From assembly GCA_003152075.1 (NCBI GenBank), contig PLZG01000054.1:21067-85066 (forward strand): DNA of 64,000 bases. The letters are read 5' to 3'. Shown in pieces: positions 54,971 to 64,000 of the stretch (positions within the stretch are counted from its first letter, which is position 1; each line of letters opens with the position of its first letter). The notes under the pieces were generated by a model. That model did not search any database. It had not been told where the DNA came from and saw only the letters and a list, made by a program, of their open reading frames with translations. The stretch comes from a candidate division FCPU426 bacterium (lineage in GTDB: Bacteria; Oederibacteriota; Muellerivitia; Muellerivitales; Muellerivitaceae). The translations under genes were made by a program, and so were the position numbers.

Positions 54971-56236
54971 ATGAAATTTCGGGGTTTTTCAAGATTCTTT
55001 TTGACGATGACTTTTGCGGGCATGATCATTAATGCTTGTAGTACAGGTTTCACTTTGCCCCCTTTGGCCCCTACGCCCACCGCGACCCCTATTTCATCAA
55101 CACCTTCTTCCACCCCAACGGTTACGGGATTAAGCGCGGCCACGAACACCCCGACTAAAAATCTAACCCTTACACCAACCATAACCCTTACTTTCGCGCC
55201 AACAAATACCGTGACGGCTACCTCCACCAGCACCCCGACTTCAACTTCCTCATGCAACAACGGCGGATTGGTGACGACCTGGGCAGGGTCGGGGGCAACT
55301 GGGTCCGCCAATGGAACTGGAACCGCCGCGTCGTTCAATTTGGTCTATGGAGTCGCGGTCGATGCCTCCGGAAACGTTTATGTCGCGGAAGCGGGTAACG
55401 AGGATATCCGCAAAATTAATCCCGGGGCAGTAGTGACGACGCTGGCCGGGTCAGCTGGGGTTACGGGGTCCGCCAATGGAACCGGAACAGCCGCGTCGTT
55501 TAATGGCCCGTCCGCCGTCGCGGTCGATGCCTTTGGGAACGTTTACGTCGCGGATGTATGGAACGAACTCATCCGCAAAATCACACCGGGGGGATTGGTG
55601 TCGACGCTGGCGGGGTCGGGGGCCATCGGGTCCGCCAATGGAACCGGAAACGCCGCGTCGTTCTATTATCCCCTCGGAGTCGCGGTCGATGCCTCCGGGA
55701 ACGTTTACGTGGGGGATGCCGCCAACAACTTGGTCCGTAAAATTACCCCCGGGGGAGTGGTGACGACCCTGGCGGGGTCAGGGGCGATTGGGTCGGCGAA
55801 CGGTAACGGCACTTCCGCGTCCTTCTACGGACCCGCAGGAGTCGCGGTCGACTCATCGGGAAATGTTTATGTCGCGGACCGCAACAACAACATGATCCGT
55901 AAAATTACTCCCGGCGGGGTAGTCACCACCTTCGCGGGGTCAACCTCCTCAGGGTCGTCCGACGGGACGGGAACCGCCGCGTCGTTCAGTAATCCTCATG
56001 ATGTTGCTGTCGATTCATCGGGGAATGTTTACGTCGCGGATACTTACAACAACCTGATTCGTAAAATTACCCCTGGGGGAGTGGTGACGACCTTGGCGGG
56101 AGGAGGGGTTTGTTGTTACACCGACGGAACCGGAACTGCCGCGTCGTTCAGTTTGCCCTATTCGGTCGCGGTTGATTCCTTCTGTAGTGTCTACGTTGCG
56201 GATACGGGTAACCACGTTATTCGGAAAATTCAATGA
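54971..56236 (+). CDS. Lipoprotein with Thr/Pro stalk and NHL-repeat propeller
   Basis: Lipobox INAC; six repeats ASF..P.GVAVD.SGNVYVAD..N..IRKITPGGVVTTLAG. Confidence 0.9.
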   Translation: MKFRGFSRFFLTMTFAGMIINACSTGFTLPPLAPTPTATPISSTPSSTPTVTGLSAATNTPTKNLTLTPTITLTFAPTNTVTATSTSTPTSTSSCNNGGLVTTWAGSGATGSANGTGTAASFNLVYGVAVDASGNVYVAEAGNEDIRKINPGAVVTTLAGSAGVTGSANGTGTAASFNGPSAVAVDAFGNVYVADVWNELIRKITPGGLVSTLAGSGAIGSANGTGNAASFYYPLGVAVDASGNVYVGDAANNLVRKITPGGVVTTLAGSGAIGSANGNGTSASFYGPAGVAVDSSGNVYVADRNNNMIRKITPGGVVTTFAGSTSSGSSDGTGTAASFSNPHDVAVDSSGNVYVADTYNNLIRKITPGGVVTTLAGGGVCCYTDGTGTAASFSLPYSVAVDSFCSVYVADTGNHVIRKIQ

Positions 56237-56445
56237 TAGGGTGAATCATACATTGTTTCGAGCAGCTCAAAAAACCTCAATCTGATGATAAAAGTCTTTG
56301 AGGATTAGCTGAAAAGTAAAGGGCCACAAAATAGTTGGGCCCAACCCAAAGATTATCAAAATGATTGTTCGGCGATAATCTTTGGGCTTTTGGCAACAAA
56401 TAAGCCTTTCTTCCTCTTCTTGCTTTCCATTACCATGCTCTCGCT

Positions 56446-57489
56446 ATGGAAATACTCCTCCTTCGGCTCGACCGCATCGGCGATTTTATGCTCGGTGTTC
56501 CCGCTTTCCGGGCTTTGCGGAAAGCCTATCCCGACGACCGTATCACGGTCGTGGTTCCCTCCGACGTGGCCGAACTGGCCAAGGCCTGCCCCTACTTTGA
56601 CGAAGTTTACCTTTACGACGCCATGTGGCTTTTACCGGGCCACTCGCCCCTGGACCGGTGGAAATCGGCTTGGAAGCTCATCAAATTTCTTCGCTCCAAG
56701 AAAGCGGACATGGTTCTCGACTTCCGCTACCAGAGCCGGTTGGATCCCCTCGTGACCGGTCTTTCCGGCGGCTCCAAGCGGGTGGGGTTCGACCTAGGCT
56801 GGGTGAGCCAATGCCTAACTCAAAAAGTTTCCAAGCCCGCCCCGGAACTTCACCAAGTGGACCGCAACCTGCATCTTTTGCAGGCGATCGGGATCACCGC
56901 ATCCAGCCGCCAATTGGAAATGTGGTTCGACGAACACGATAGGAAAACCGCTGAGAACCACTTGCCCACCCAGGAACTTTTGCCAGGTATGCCCCGTTTG
57001 GCCGTTCATATCGGTGCCGCGACGCCTTCCAAAAGGTGGCGGGGAGAAAGTTTCGAGGTGCTCATCCATGAGCTTCATGCCTTAACCCAAGCCGACATTC
57101 TGGTCCTGGGCGGGGAAAAGGATTTGGATTTCGCCCATGAGGTGTTGGACGGCCTGGAATGCCCGGTGATCAACCTAGTGGGGAAGCTGAGCCTGCGACA
57201 AATGGCAGCAGTATTGAAGCATTGCCAGGTCTTTATCGGTTGTGATTCGGGGGCCACCCACGTGGCGGCGGCGGTTGGTGTGCCGGTGGTGAGCCTTTTT
57301 TCGGCGGCCAATGAGGTGGAGGTTTGGAAACCCTGGGCCCAGAAGGTGAAGGTTCTCACGAAACATCCGGCTTGTTCCCCTTGCCATAGTTTTGAATGCA
57401 CCCGCACCGACGGTTATTTCTGCATGGCGGAAATCAAAGTGGAAGATGTAGTGGCGGAGGTGAAGACTTTTTTGGAAGAGCACCACTGA
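56446..57489 (+). CDS. Glycosyltransferase family 9 (LPS heptosyltransferase-like)
   Basis: RLDRIGD....P..RAL, GA....KRW, GKLSL, G.DSG..H.AAA.G.P. Confidence 0.93.
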   Translation: MEILLLRLDRIGDFMLGVPAFRALRKAYPDDRITVVVPSDVAELAKACPYFDEVYLYDAMWLLPGHSPLDRWKSAWKLIKFLRSKKADMVLDFRYQSRLDPLVTGLSGGSKRVGFDLGWVSQCLTQKVSKPAPELHQVDRNLHLLQAIGITASSRQLEMWFDEHDRKTAENHLPTQELLPGMPRLAVHIGAATPSKRWRGESFEVLIHELHALTQADILVLGGEKDLDFAHEVLDGLECPVINLVGKLSLRQMAAVLKHCQVFIGCDSGATHVAAAVGVPVVSLFSAANEVEVWKPWAQKVKVLTKHPACSPCHSFECTRTDGYFCMAEIKVEDVVAEVKTFLEEHH

Positions 57490-57551
57490 AAGAAATGGAA
57501 ATTATTTACTTTGCAAAGCATTCAAATAGTTAAGTCTGGTTTTCGATATTT

Positions 57552-57645
57552 CCCCCTCTCCCTAGAAGGGAGAGGGCCGGGGTGAGGGTGGTAACCACTG
57601 GCTGACAACACCCCTCACCCTACCCTCTCCCGCAAGGGGCGAGGG
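57552..57645. repeat. Family A inverted pair
   Basis: CCCCCTCTCCCTAGAAGGGAGAGGGCCGGGGTGAGGG...CCCCTCACCCTACCCTCTCCCGCAAGGGGCGAGGG between convergent genes. Confidence 0.85.
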
Positions 57646-57686
57646 TTTTTCGGTGTGCTTTGCCAAACGCGTAGTCTCGAAAGAAA

Positions 57687-58259
57687 TTAAACCAGTAGCA
57701 ACTCGTCATCGGGCGTGAGGAAGCGCCACTTACCCGATTCCACATCCAGGTTCAACCCACCGATCCGAATCCGTTTCAATTCCAGAACCTTCAAGGCTGT
57801 TTTGAATTTTGTGTCCTTGAGGCTGCCAAATAATCGGCGGATATGGCGGTTCTTGCCTTCGGCCAATACCACTTCCAGCTTGGTTTTGTGCCCGGCCCCG
57901 CCGGTGATGCTGACCTGAAAAGCTTTCAACACTTCTCCCGAGTTTTCCACGCCCTTCAAAGCTTGTTTAATGTGGGCGTCGGTGACCAGGCCCCTCACCC
58001 AAACCTCGTAGGTCTTTCGGCATCCTCCTGGTTTGTTGATCTGGTCGGCCAGCTTGCCATTGCGGGTGAAGAGAAGAAGGCCCTTGGAATCCAGGTCCAA
58101 GCGACCCACGGGCTTCCAATTGTCCTGATAGGCCCATTCGGGCAGAAGGGCGTAAACGGTCTTGCGGTCCTTCTCGTCGGAGCGGGTGACCACATAGCCC
58201 TTGGGTTTGTTCAGCATGAGGAATTTCGCGTTGGTGTTTGGGGTTTTTTCAGTTGTCAT
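57687..58259 (-). CDS. RsuA/RluE-family pseudouridine synthase (no S4 domain)
   Basis: LNKPKGYV, VGRLD.DS.GLLL, EGKNR.IRR. Confidence 0.92.
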   Translation of the reverse strand: MTTEKTPNTNAKFLMLNKPKGYVVTRSDEKDRKTVYALLPEWAYQDNWKPVGRLDLDSKGLLLFTRNGKLADQINKPGGCRKTYEVWVRGLVTDAHIKQALKGVENSGEVLKAFQVSITGGAGHKTKLEVVLAEGKNRHIRRLFGSLKDTKFKTALKVLELKRIRIGGLNLDVESGKWRFLTPDDELLLV

Positions 58260-59665
58260 TGGATTCCTTGAAATATTTTTTCGGCGGCGGCCTGCCCCGC
58301 CGCGATGCAGTCGGGAATTCCAACACCCTTAAGCCCGTTGCCTGCCAGGTAAAGGCCCTTGGTTTCGGTGGCCTTTTGTTCGATCCGGGAAACCTGGCTC
58401 AAGTGGCCGGGCCTGAAGTATGACATGGAAGCATTATAGGTAGCCAGGTGGTGAACGACCGGCCTGTCGCGCAAATTCAAGATTGGTTTTAACTCCTCCA
58501 ACACTTTCTCTAATACGGCCGATTCCCCTTGGGCCTTGACCTGTTCCACCGCCTCTTGCCCGAGGAATGCTCTTAACAGAACGTAGCCCTCGGGCGCGCG
58601 GCCCTCGAACTTTTGGCTGGCGAAGGTACAGCCCACGACCAGCTTCTTCTCACGCGAAGGCACCACGAATCCAAAGCCGTCCAGGGGATGGTTCACGTCC
58701 TGGCGGCGGAATCCCAGGTTCAGGGTGGCGGAGTCATGGGCGGGAATGCCTGACAAGAGCTTGTCCCATTCCTTGTCCAGGGCACCGATCAAGGGCCTAA
58801 TCTTGGCGGGTTGGATGGCCAAGATAACCGCATCCACTTCCTGGGACCGACTGTTGGCTGAAACTTCCCAGGTCCCATGGTCGGTGGGCTTCAAGGAATC
58901 CACGGGACTTTGGAGCCACATGGATTCGGAGGGGATTTGAGAAACCAGGGCATTGGCGAAACTTTCCATTCCTTTTTTGAAACTCACGAAGAGGGAATAG
59001 CGGGCGCCCGAAACCTGGGCCTGTTTTTTGATGCGGTTGGCCGCCATTGCTTTAAGCAGGGAGCCAAACTTTTTTTCCATTTCCTTGAAACGGGGCATGC
59101 AGGCGGAAAGGCTCAGGTCATCGGGGTCGGCGTTATAGACGCCGCCGATCAAGGGTTGGGCCAGGTTATCCAACACCTCACGGCCCAAGCGACGCCTGAC
59201 GAATTGGCCCACGCTTTCGTCCTGGGGGTCCTTGCGGACCTTAATAAAGGGTTCCATCGCCGCGCGCAACTTGCCCAAGGGGGAAAGAAGGGGGGTGGTC
59301 ATGAGTGGCCAAAGGCGGGAAGGGGCCAAAAGGTAGAAACCCTCGGGGATAGGGAATAAACGGTGACCCTTTAATATGAAGGACTGCTTGAGGGTCTGGT
59401 TCGTTTTGATGAGCTGGTCTTCCAGACCCAGTTTCTTGCAAAGTTCCAGGCCCGCGGGCTTTTCGGTGATGAAGCAGTCCGGGCCTTCTTCCATGAGAAA
59501 GCCGTTGTTCTCAATGGTGCTCAGGGTGCCGCCCGCTTTGTTGCCGGCGTCCAGGATGTTCAACTCAAGGGGAATTTGCTTTTCCTTGGAGAGCTCCAAA
59601 AGGCGGTGGGCGGCGGCGAGGCCGCTGATTCCCGCCCCAATGACCGTAACACGTAAGGGGTTCAT
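58256..59665 (-). CDS. hemG: Protoporphyrinogen/coproporphyrinogen oxidase (HemY-type)
   Basis: VIGAGISGLAAA, E.GPD.F, RRLG.E, GFGFVVP, GVGIPDCI. Confidence 0.93.
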   Translation of the reverse strand: MNPLRVTVIGAGISGLAAAHRLLELSKEKQIPLELNILDAGNKAGGTLSTIENNGFLMEEGPDCFITEKPAGLELCKKLGLEDQLIKTNQTLKQSFILKGHRLFPIPEGFYLLAPSRLWPLMTTPLLSPLGKLRAAMEPFIKVRKDPQDESVGQFVRRRLGREVLDNLAQPLIGGVYNADPDDLSLSACMPRFKEMEKKFGSLLKAMAANRIKKQAQVSGARYSLFVSFKKGMESFANALVSQIPSESMWLQSPVDSLKPTDHGTWEVSANSRSQEVDAVILAIQPAKIRPLIGALDKEWDKLLSGIPAHDSATLNLGFRRQDVNHPLDGFGFVVPSREKKLVVGCTFASQKFEGRAPEGYVLLRAFLGQEAVEQVKAQGESAVLEKVLEELKPILNLRDRPVVHHLATYNASMSYFRPGHLSQVSRIEQKATETKGLYLAGNGLKGVGIPDCIAAGQAAAEKIFQGIQ

Positions 59666-59675
59666 TTAAAGTCCA

Positions 59676-59759
59676 ATTTTGAATGACTGAAAATTCTCGA
59701 TGGTTTAGCCATCGAGAATTTACCACAATTCATAATTATAAATTCATAATTCATAATTG
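59676..59759. repeat. Heptamer arrays (family C)
   Basis: (ATAATTC)n overlapping the hemH stop codon. Confidence 0.65.
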
Positions 59760-60704
59760 CTGGCCTCCCTGGTCGATGCCTTCCTCGACAAGGGAGGCCA
59801 GCATGGCGATAAAAGAAGGGTGGGTGCCCACGGTTTTAGCCCGCACCATATGCAGCCCCTTCCACTTGGCCTTGTCGGCGGCTAGCACATCGATGTCGTA
59901 AAGCACTTCCACGTGGTCCACCAGGAAACCAATGGGTGCCACCACGCAAGCGGCCAAGGTCTCGTAAGTGCGCCGGTCGAGGAATCCGGTGAGGTCGGGT
60001 TCCAGCCAAACCTCCTCAGGCCGGCCGCTGCGGCTGGTGAAGGCGGTCTGGTAATAGGGCATCCCCACCTTTTGGGTCACCAGCTGGCAGGTTTCCTCGA
60101 ACTGGTGGGAATAGGGGGACTTATGGGCCATGGCCTTTGGAATACTGTGGGCCACCAGGATTAACTCGGCCCGGTGACGGGACTTTTCTTCCTCGCTTAA
60201 CTGGGCGTAGGCCTCTTGGACATGCTGGGCGATGGCATTGATGAAGCCCGGGCGGTTATGCCATTCGGGGGTATAGGTGATTTCGGGCACAGGTAACCCC
60301 TGGCCCTTGATTGACTCAAGTGCTTCGTCCACCCTTGTGACATATTTATCGTAAGACGCCGGACTGCGGTGGGGAGCCATGACGATGGCGAATATTTTGG
60401 TTTTGCCCTGCTTGGCCAGCTCGGTCAGGGTGTCAGCGATACGGGGAGCGTAATGGGCAAAGCCTACCTGAACCGGGATTTCGAGGCCCCGTGAAGACAA
60501 AAGTTTCTCCAGGGCCTGGGCTTGTTCCTTGGTGAGACGGTTATAGGGGGAAACACCGCCGATTTTTTCGTATTGCTTGGCCACCAGCTTCAGGCGCTCG
60601 GGAGGAATATCCTTGCCCCGGGTGACGTCCTCTAGGAAGGGAATGACATCCTCGGGCTTTTCAGGTCCACCATAACCGATGAGTAGGACAGCGTCGTAAT
60701 TCAA
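59751..60704 (-). CDS. hemH: Ferrochelatase
   Basis: LL..YGGP, Y..IGG.SP, AHSIP, SR.G....WLEPD, GF..DH.E.LYDID; TTG start at 60704 inferred. Confidence 0.93.
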   Translation of the reverse strand: MNYDAVLLIGYGGPEKPEDVIPFLEDVTRGKDIPPERLKLVAKQYEKIGGVSPYNRLTKEQAQALEKLLSSRGLEIPVQVGFAHYAPRIADTLTELAKQGKTKIFAIVMAPHRSPASYDKYVTRVDEALESIKGQGLPVPEITYTPEWHNRPGFINAIAQHVQEAYAQLSEEEKSRHRAELILVAHSIPKAMAHKSPYSHQFEETCQLVTQKVGMPYYQTAFTSRSGRPEEVWLEPDLTGFLDRRTYETLAACVVAPIGFLVDHVEVLYDIDVLAADKAKWKGLHMVRAKTVGTHPSFIAMLASLVEEGIDQGGQQL

Positions 60705-60727
60705 AACAAACCTTTCACAGAGTTTTA

Positions 60728-60860
60728 CCGCCAAGACGCCAAGTTCGCCAAGAAAGGCGAAATAATAAATATGTTTTCTCGCACATTGATGTTAACAAAA
60801 CATTTAATATTTTGTGTTTTTCCGGTTATTACTTGGCGATCTTGGCGTCTTGGCGGTGAA
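60728..60860. repeat. Family B inverted repeat
   Basis: ACCGCCAAGACGCCAAGTTCGCCAAG...CTTGGCGATCTTGGCGTCTTGGCGGT. Confidence 0.85.
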
Positions 60861-60865
60861 AAGCC

Positions 60866-62794
60866 TTAGGGTTTCCATGCCTTTACCGTTTCGATCAACG
60901 AGTGCACGTTATCTACCGGGGTTTGGGGCAGGATGCCGTGGCCCAGGTTAAAGATATGGCCAGGCTTGCCGCCCGCCATCCGCAGGATTTTCTCGGCTTC
61001 CACCTTAATCTTATCCGGATTGGTCAAAAGCACGGTGGGGTCCAGGTTGCCTTGGATAGCTACATTGCCCAGCTGTTTCCAGGCCTTGTCCAGGTCCACG
61101 TGCCAATCCACGCCGATGACCGTCGCGCCCGTATCCTTCAACCAGGGGAAGAAAGGCTCGGTTTGGGTGCCGAAGTAAATAATGGGAACACCAGGTTTCA
61201 AACCTTTAATAAGGGCTTTCAAATAGGGCAGCACCAGTCTTTGGAACTCGTCGGGCGCGAGGATGCCCACCCAGGAATCAAATAACTGGATGGCCTGGGC
61301 TCCGGCGGTTATCTGGGCATTCAGGTAGGAAATCGTGGAAGCCACCAGCCGCTTCATCAACTCGTCCCAAAGGACAATATCGCCCAGGACAGCCCTTGTA
61401 TGGAAGTAATCCTTGGAGCCGCCCCCTTCTATGACATAAGAGGCCAAGGTGAAAGGCGCGCCCGCGAAACCGATGAGGGGAATGTCCGGCTTCAAGCGCG
61501 CCCGGATTTGATGGATCGCTTCCATCACATAACCAAGTTCTTCCTCGGCGTCAAAATCCCTCATTCGTTTCATGTCGGAGGCCACTCGGAAGGGATTGCG
61601 GATGACGGGTCCCCCGCTTTCCACGAATTCCAATTGAAAGCCCATCGGTTCAGTAATTAGGAGAATGTCGGCGAAGAGAATGGCGGCATCCACACCCAAC
61701 TCTTGTTGGGCATGCACGGTTACCTCGGCGGCCAGGTCGGGGTTTTTGCAGAGGTCCAGGAAAGAAACCATGGCGCGGATTTGACGGTACTGGGGCATGT
61801 AACGGCCCGCCTGGCGCATAATCCAAATCGGCGTGCGGGGTACGGCCTCACGTCGGCAAGCCTTTAAGAACAAGCTGTCCTGAAGAAGGGTAACGGGGTT
61901 TTTGAGGGTGGGGGTGGAAACGCGAATGGGGGTGGAATCTTTCTTTTTTAAAAGATCCTGGCTCTTCTCGGCGGCTTCCCTGACCAAGAAACCCATTTTG
62001 GGATGCTCTGGTTCGAAGTCCGGGGTGACTCCCTCGCTTTTGAGCGCCTCGGTCGTCACGGGACCAATGGAGCCGATCACCATTTTCGAGAAGGCTTCCC
62101 TTAATTCCGTCTCCCGGTGTAATTCCTGGGCCACTTGGATTACGTTGTGGATCTGTTGGCCGCTGGTGAAAAGGGCCACTTGAACATCGCCCCGCATGAT
62201 GTTTTGAATGAGGCTCATGAGGGGTTTGGTATCTTCCGGCAGGGCCCAGCGGTAAACGGGAACGCTGGTGACATCCTTCGCCCCACGGTCCTTGAGGGCC
62301 TGGATCAACTCGGGATTGGGAACGCCGTATTCCTGGACGGCGACTTTGAGTTTCTTAATGGACTTGTAATCATCCAGGGTTGTCAGGACTTCACGCCAGG
62401 TATTGGGCTCGGGAACGATGACCGAGGCTTTTAATCCGTAATCGCTCAGGGCCTTCACCGTTTTGGGGCCGCGGGCGACCATGGTTAATAACTTAAAGGC
62501 CTTGTTGATGTGACTCTTGGGATACTTGGACTCAATGGCCTGGAATAGGGTGGTGGTGCCGACACCGGTCATGAAAATGACTACGTCCAGATACCCTTGC
62601 TGAAGGTTTTCAAAAAAATCGAAGGCGGCTTTGTTTTGGTAGAGGGGAATTTCCCTCATGGAAGGGGCCACCTGGGGTTTGCCCCCATGGCGGGTAATCA
62701 GGTCTTCCATTTCCTTGGTCTTGCGGCTCTCGAAGGCTGCGACAGTTAGGCCTTCCAGGCCGTGGCTTTCGATTTCATTAAGGGTGGGGGGCAT
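60866..62794 (-). CDS. hemE: Fused uroporphyrinogen-III synthase / uroporphyrinogen decarboxylase (HemD-HemE)
   Basis: N-half ESR...M, MTGVG, ARGPK, VYRW, SIGP; C-half PIWIMRQAGRY, DAAILFADIL, QGNLDP, FNLGHGI. Confidence 0.93.
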   Translation of the reverse strand: MPPTLNEIESHGLEGLTVAAFESRKTKEMEDLITRHGGKPQVAPSMREIPLYQNKAAFDFFENLQQGYLDVVIFMTGVGTTTLFQAIESKYPKSHINKAFKLLTMVARGPKTVKALSDYGLKASVIVPEPNTWREVLTTLDDYKSIKKLKVAVQEYGVPNPELIQALKDRGAKDVTSVPVYRWALPEDTKPLMSLIQNIMRGDVQVALFTSGQQIHNVIQVAQELHRETELREAFSKMVIGSIGPVTTEALKSEGVTPDFEPEHPKMGFLVREAAEKSQDLLKKKDSTPIRVSTPTLKNPVTLLQDSLFLKACRREAVPRTPIWIMRQAGRYMPQYRQIRAMVSFLDLCKNPDLAAEVTVHAQQELGVDAAILFADILLITEPMGFQLEFVESGGPVIRNPFRVASDMKRMRDFDAEEELGYVMEAIHQIRARLKPDIPLIGFAGAPFTLASYVIEGGGSKDYFHTRAVLGDIVLWDELMKRLVASTISYLNAQITAGAQAIQLFDSWVGILAPDEFQRLVLPYLKALIKGLKPGVPIIYFGTQTEPFFPWLKDTGATVIGVDWHVDLDKAWKQLGNVAIQGNLDPTVLLTNPDKIKVEAEKILRMAGGKPGHIFNLGHGILPQTPVDNVHSLIETVKAWKP

Positions 62795-62861
62795 TCCACT
62801 TTACCTTTGAACTGGGATGGGGTATGAGAGGTTAAGTATAAAAGCTCTCGAGGGTTTTTAA

Positions 62862-63437
62862 TTGAAAAAATTCATCGGATTATTCGTCCAAGGAATTGGG
62901 CTCGGATTGGGCCTCGGTCTTTGCCTTGCCGGGCTGGTGGCCTTGATATACAGGGCGGCCCACAGCGGGGAAGTGAACCTTCATTTTGAGCACACCGCCA
63001 TTTACTTCCTGGTGGTAGGCGGCTTGATGGGTGTAATCGGGGGATGGTGCCTGTCCCTTCAGATGATCCTGGGGGGCCTGCTATCCACGTTATTCCTCAA
63101 AATAGCCGAGCTGGTTCCCATGCCCGCCCAAGTGGTGGGAGAGGAATGGGCGAAAAAAATGGAAACCTTCTTCCGCGAAATCATCCAACCTTTTCCCGGC
63201 TTCTTCCGGAAATTCATCGAGTGGATTTTCATCCTGCGTTTTGAGGATTTCGGGCGAATCAACCGAGCCTTGGACAAGGCGAAGAGAAAAGGGGACACGG
63301 AAAGGGCCAACACCCAGTGGATGTCGATGGTAGTTCTGCATTACCTCTTGGAGCCTTTGTGGCTCTTCTTTTACGCGGCCTATGTTATTCTTTTACTGAT
63401 CAGTTGTGTTTTCTGGAGTTTTCCGTTTTTCGGATAA
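62862..63437 (+). CDS. Hypothetical membrane protein
   Basis: Three hydrophobic segments; GAGGG RBS before a TTG start. Confidence 0.7.
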   Translation: MKKFIGLFVQGIGLGLGLGLCLAGLVALIYRAAHSGEVNLHFEHTAIYFLVVGGLMGVIGGWCLSLQMILGGLLSTLFLKIAELVPMPAQVVGEEWAKKMETFFREIIQPFPGFFRKFIEWIFILRFEDFGRINRALDKAKRKGDTERANTQWMSMVVLHYLLEPLWLFFYAAYVILLLISCVFWSFPFFG

Positions 63438-63454
63438 AGACAAAGGAAGTTTGA

Positions 63455-63554
63455 ACCACCAAGGCACCAAGGGCACCAAGAACTGCGAAAGTAAAAATCT
63501 TTATGGTTTTCAGAAAAAAATCCTTCCTTGGTGCCCTTGGTGCCTTGGTGGTGA
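63455..63554. repeat. Family B inverted repeat
   Basis: ACCACCAAGGCACCAAGGGCACCAAG...CTTGGTGCCCTTGGTGCCTTGGTGGT. Confidence 0.85.
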
Positions 63555-63566
63555 AAAAGGTTTTGA

Positions 63567-64000
63567 ATGTCTGATCTTTACCAAAAATGGAAGTCCCTGC
63601 AGTCCCATTGGGATGACGACGAGTTTCTCAAATCCCTCACGTCTTTAATGAAACTTCGCTATCGCAGGCTGGACGAGAAGGCGGCGGGAATATTTGAAGA
63701 TGCCTTTAAGAGCTTAGAAAAACCATTCTTAGTAGATGTGGGTTGTGGCCGGGCGGAGTTCGCGGCCTTCTTGCGGGAACGTTGGAGGGATGTTGCGAGT
63801 AACCAAAGTGACATTTGGAACTATCTGGGCATTGAGCCATCGGCGGAACAATTAAAGCAAAGGGATATTCCTAATATGGGGCTAGGCGTTGTCCAGGCCA
63901 CGGCGGAAGCCCTTCCTCTACCCGATATGATGGCCCATGGTGTCTTAATAAAAGAAGCCATCGACCACTGTTACGATCCGGCCAAGGTTTTTCAGGAAGC
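63567..64000 (+). CDS. Class I SAM-dependent methyltransferase (3'-truncated by the window end)
   Basis: Own translation: MSDLYQKW...LVDVGCGRAE...GIEPS...AEALPLPD; open to the window edge. Confidence 0.85.
   Translation, partial: MSDLYQKWKSLQSHWDDDEFLKSLTSLMKLRYRRLDEKAAGIFEDAFKSLEKPFLVDVGCGRAEFAAFLRERWRDVASNQSDIWNYLGIEPSAEQLKQRDIPNMGLGVVQATAEALPLPDMMAHGVLIKEAIDHCYDPAKVFQE

Overview
Chromosomal window of a moderately GC-rich diderm bacterium. It has a GT9 LPS heptosyltransferase, outer-membrane barrels and clear Shine-Dalgarno motifs, so it is probably not Bacteroidota; an FCPU426-like candidate phylum is a guess only. Housekeeping genes are ilvD, dapF, a dksA-like gene, lemA/htpX, a hemD-hemE fusion, hemH, hemG/Y and an RsuA-family synthase. 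The window also holds an envelope glycosylation operon (3 YfhO-like GT-C proteins, GT2, GT4, flippase-like protein, FkbM), a stress/detox cluster, an operon with two B12 radical SAM genes and a UDP-GlcA decarboxylase, and five families of intergenic palindromic repeats. The main result is a cassette present twice (14.5-20.7 kb and 44-56.2 kb): ECF sigma, a membrane anti-sigma ending in a FlgD/T9SS-CTD-like Ig domain, a CTD-bearing protein directly upstream of a PorV-like barrel fused to a TPR, and Thr/Pro-stalked lipoproteins. Each copy has its own promoter code visible in the DNA: GGAATAA-N15-CATTAT/CATCAT (4 copies) in module 1 and GGAATAA-N15-CACTAAC (2 copies) in module 2. One module-1 promoter points into an unannotated ~125-nt terminated transcript (sRNA or 25-aa peptide). 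Also present are an HNH-like gene split at an A9 tract, an hpt-like gene with an in-frame TAA, and a radical SAM enzyme with a CX12CX2C motif. No rRNA, tRNA, CRISPR array or transposase was seen. Family assignments come from motif recognition by eye, not from database searches.
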